From Anthoceros angustus (lineage: Eukaryota; Plantae; Anthocerotophyta), in assembly GCA_010909165.1 (NCBI GenBank), contig MU008159.1, positions 1,984,001 through 2,048,000 on the forward strand: 64,000 nt of DNA. Reading direction: 5' to 3'. Made by a program: the position numbers and the translations under genes. Under the pieces are notes generated by a model. The model did not search any database and had not been told where the DNA came from. It worked only from the letters and a program-made list of their open reading frames with translations. Position 1 is the first letter of the stretch; each line of letters starts with the position of its first letter. Below are positions 61,084 through 64,000 of the stretch, piece by piece.

Positions 61084-61879
61084 ACGGCTTAAAAATATCT
61101 AAAGTAATTTATGGTACTTTTCGGTGGACCTTGTACAAAATCCCTACTGCACACTATAGACCGGCCCCTGTCCACACCGGTTAGCAAGCCGGGCGGATCA
61201 GACGTCCGTGACTGTCCACGGAGGAGGTAACGGGTAACGGGAAACGGGAAACGGGAGTTTTCTGGGGCCGTTGCAACAAAGCCAGAAGACCGAGGCGCGG
61301 TCGCAGCAGTCGCTACCACGGCACCGCTGGCGTAATCCTGTGCCTGGCCCTGCCACCCCTGGTGGGGCCTCGCTGCCTACTGCCACCGGAATAAAGTCTG
61401 TCTCGGTACCCACGCGGCACCGCGCTACCTCCACTGTCTCGGTGCGAGCACCCGATGTCCGCCTGCCAGGTACCGCTACCGCCTTGGACGGCAGGTCGGT
61501 CATGTAAAGGTAGCACGACCGACCCGCCCAGCTTCCCAAACTTGTGAACTTCTTCCATCCCCTTTGTCTGCATTAGGAGTATTCTACGGACGCGAGAGTA
61601 ACTCCAATCAATGAGAATTTGATGGATTAAAATTATTTACGAAAATTATTAGACCATATATAATATTTATTATAATATTTTATGACAGTGAACCCAGGCA
61701 TTGATCCAATATCTTATGTGCAGCAACATTGTAGTTTGGTCATTAACTCACTAATACACCATTCAATAACATAACGAACAGATAGCTAGGAGTCGGAGTC
61801 GGACGCAGTGGCCATGGAATGCGAAAATGCAGGAGAAAATTAGATTGAGGATGAGTGACTTTGACTTACGCGAGAGGTG

Positions 61880-62520
61880 TCTCACACAAAGTTTCTATTA
61901 CTCGAGGTGTGTCACACTAAGTTCATCCTACTCGAGGTGGATCACACTAAGTCTGTCTCTGTCTCAGTTTTGTTTGTCTTACTCGAGGTGTATCACCCTT
62001 ATGTCTATCTCTGTCTCTGTTTGTTCGTCCTACTCGAGGTTTATCACACTAAGTCTGTCTCTGTCTGAGTTTATCTTATTTGAAATGTCCGCATGCACGT
62101 TGAGTTTGTCTTACACGAGGTGTTGTCCGAATTGGTCCCGGTGGTGGCTTGTCTTTTGTCTGAATTTCTCTTATTTGAAGTGTCCGCTTGCACGCTGAGT
62201 TTGTCTTACTCAAGTTGTTGTCCGACTTAATCCCGGTGGTGGCTTGTCTTTTGTCAGAGTTTATCTTTTTTGAAGTGTCCGCGTGTACGCTGAGTTTCTT
62301 ACTCGAGGTGTTGTCTTACTCGAGGTGTTATCTGACTTGGTCCTGGCGGTGGCTTGTCTTTTGTTGGAGTTGATCTTCCTTGAAGTGTCCGCGTGTACGC
62401 TGAGTTTGTCTTACTCAAGGGGTTGTCTGACTTGTCCTGATCGCTCGTCTTTGTCAGAGTTTATCTTATTTGAAGTGTCCGTGTGCACGCTGAGTTTATC
62501 GTACTCGAGGTGTGGTCTGA
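61880..62520. repeat. Degenerate modular minisatellite with ACTCGAGGT and GAAGTGTCCGC..GCACGCTGAGTTTGTC cores
   Basis: ACTCGAGGT-like cores recur about 9 times, and a ~90-120 bp higher-order unit recurs about 4-5 times in 62050-62520. Confidence 0.85.
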
Positions 62521-62871
62521 TCTTCTCCCCGTGGTGGATACTCTTATCCAATGACCTTGTGGTCGTGGTTTAGCTCTAGTGCCGTGGAATGGTATCATGT
62601 CCGTTTCTTGCGCACACATTGGTGGAGTCCATGTTCTTGTGTGTGAATAATCATCCCTAGTAGATATGCGTACCATACTTGTGAATATAGCATCTATGTA
62701 CAGCTTCGAGGTGTATCTTCAAAGTTTTTCTTTGCCTATCATATATTTTCACCAATAAAGCAAGTCCTTGATTTGATTTGAGCCATATATACGTATATTG
62801 CAACAAACCAATGATCAAAGAACCATGCCAGAATTAGGTTAAAGTTATGGTAAGCAGTCATTAGGGATATA

Positions 62872-63413
62872 CAGTCGGCCCCCCCTAATTGGGAATTCTA
62901 TAAATGGGATTCCTCTCTAAATGGGACCTCCCATCCTACTCCCTTTAGTTTATAATGTAACAAATGGGACTTTTCCCTAAATGATAATTGGGACCTTTTG
63001 AAGCATACATTCATGTTAGTTTCACCTCCCTAAATGGGATTTCTCATTTTTTTACTAAAAAAATCTAAAAAAAAAAGAAAAAAGAATCCATTATTTCAGA
63101 GCTTTATAGACTTTTAGGTGTGATTGAAGACTCTTAAGTTAAGCTTTTTCCTTTATGATAGGTAGAGGTTTTTTGATGGTGCTTAGAGAGAGTGCTAGCT
63201 TTCAAACAACTATATAAAGAACTGGTAAAAATTATTTTTAGTGAAACCTATCAATCAAAATTTAAATTTTCTTTTTTTGGGTATTTTTCGATTTGGTTTA
63301 AAGTTTATAACATTTTTATTATTTTTAAATAGGGAAAATACAATCGGGACACCTCCCTTAATGGGACCTCTAAAGGCACTCCGAACCAGTCCCAATTAGG
63401 GGGGGGTGGACTG
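62872..63413. mobile_element. Tc1/mariner/pogo-type MITE, 542 bp, TA target-site duplication
   Basis: TIRs CAGTCGGCCCCCCCTAATTGGGA and TCCCAATTAGGGGGGGGTGGACTG are flanked by TA (62870-71, 63414-15). The interior is AT-rich with repeated AAATGGGA motifs. The uninterrupted paralogous site is at ~57770-57830. Confidence 0.92.
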
Positions 63414-63554
63414 TATTCCCAAGGTGATAATTGCGAAACCGGCGGCAGTTTGAGCAGGCTTGCATCCCTGCGTCTCAAAAATGCTTCACGCGTGTGCAAG
63501 TCCTGTTATACGCACTCGACATACTGTATGTACGTGTGTAAAGTAGCATACATT

Positions 63555-63641
63555 ACCGTATCTGTTACATTTGGCCATGGGATTCTCCCCGTCTGACCGA
63601 GCGCCGGGTGTAAAGTCACGCCACACGGGTCCATCTTCCAT
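63555..63641 (-). pseudogene. Possible BED zinc-finger remnant (hAT transposase N-terminus)
   Basis: MEDGPVWRDFTPGARSDGENPMAKCNRY resembles the BED consensus VWxxF...AxCxxC, with the second Cys as Tyr (TGC->TAC would explain it). A shifted frame downstream gives TRVKHF....AC. The match is short. Confidence 0.3.
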
Positions 63642-64000
63642 GGATGGTCCATCAGCGGGAGACGGAGGTTCTCGCGGGAGTGTGGGGTTCGGGGAGCGCG
63701 GGGAGAGTGGGGGATCGGCGAGTGGGTGGGCGAGTAGGTCGGAAGCGGGAGAGTGGGGATTTGGGAGCGAGCGAGCGGGCGGGCGGGCGGCTTGGCCTTC
63801 GACCTTCCACCATTTCTTCCTGTCCACTTTTTCTCCTTTGAATTCGAGAACGTACCATGATTCCTTGCCGATTCCTGCTGGACCGAGTGCGCCGCACCGG
63901 CCACTGCCACTGCAAAACCCTATCGAGCAGCCCAGGCGGGCGCAATGAACCACCATGTGCAGTCAGTCAACATTAGGGTGATCCGTGCGTACAGCAAGAA

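Larger units (their letters stand above)
61157..63460. mobile_element. Non-autonomous element, copy 2 (same family as 56094-57855), carrying a MITE; may extend further right
   Basis: Starts TAGAC, has GTAACGGGTAACGGGAAACGGGAAACGGG at ~61226-61254, and shares end blocks with copy 1 in the same orientation. Confidence 0.6.

Overview
Eukaryotic nuclear DNA, most likely a compact-genome seed-free land plant (hornwort/lycophyte/fern-like). This is inferred from ~60-280 nt spliceosomal introns, plant gene families, a PLS-type PPR remnant and a cilia-type NEK kinase. Bases 1-20 kb are a nest of degenerate transposon DNA: an unclassifiable element with several tandem duplications (1-13.4 kb), then two related Ty3/gypsy-like LTR elements lying back to back (13.4-19.9 kb). 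The remainder is gene-dense. It holds a DUF3411/RETICULATA-related gene, an S1/P1 endonuclease, a D6PK-type AGC kinase, tRNA-Leu(UAA), a SYP4 syntaxin, an OMA1-like M48 peptidase, a non-canonical NEK kinase, an intronless GC-rich second AGC1 kinase with a frame-broken N-terminus, and tRNA-Ser(GCU). It also holds an orphan spliced ORF between two related hAT-like non-autonomous elements, a TA-flanked MITE whose empty paralogous site is in the same window, and AKR, gag and PPR remnants. I cannot support a clearly new biological system. The best candidates for follow-up are the hAT-like element pair around the orphan gene, the NEK kinase with an alphaC Glu->Gln change and SP/TP repeats, the intronless AGC kinase, and the unassigned coding remnants at 1-13 kb. 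Exon boundaries were read by eye and no database search was run.
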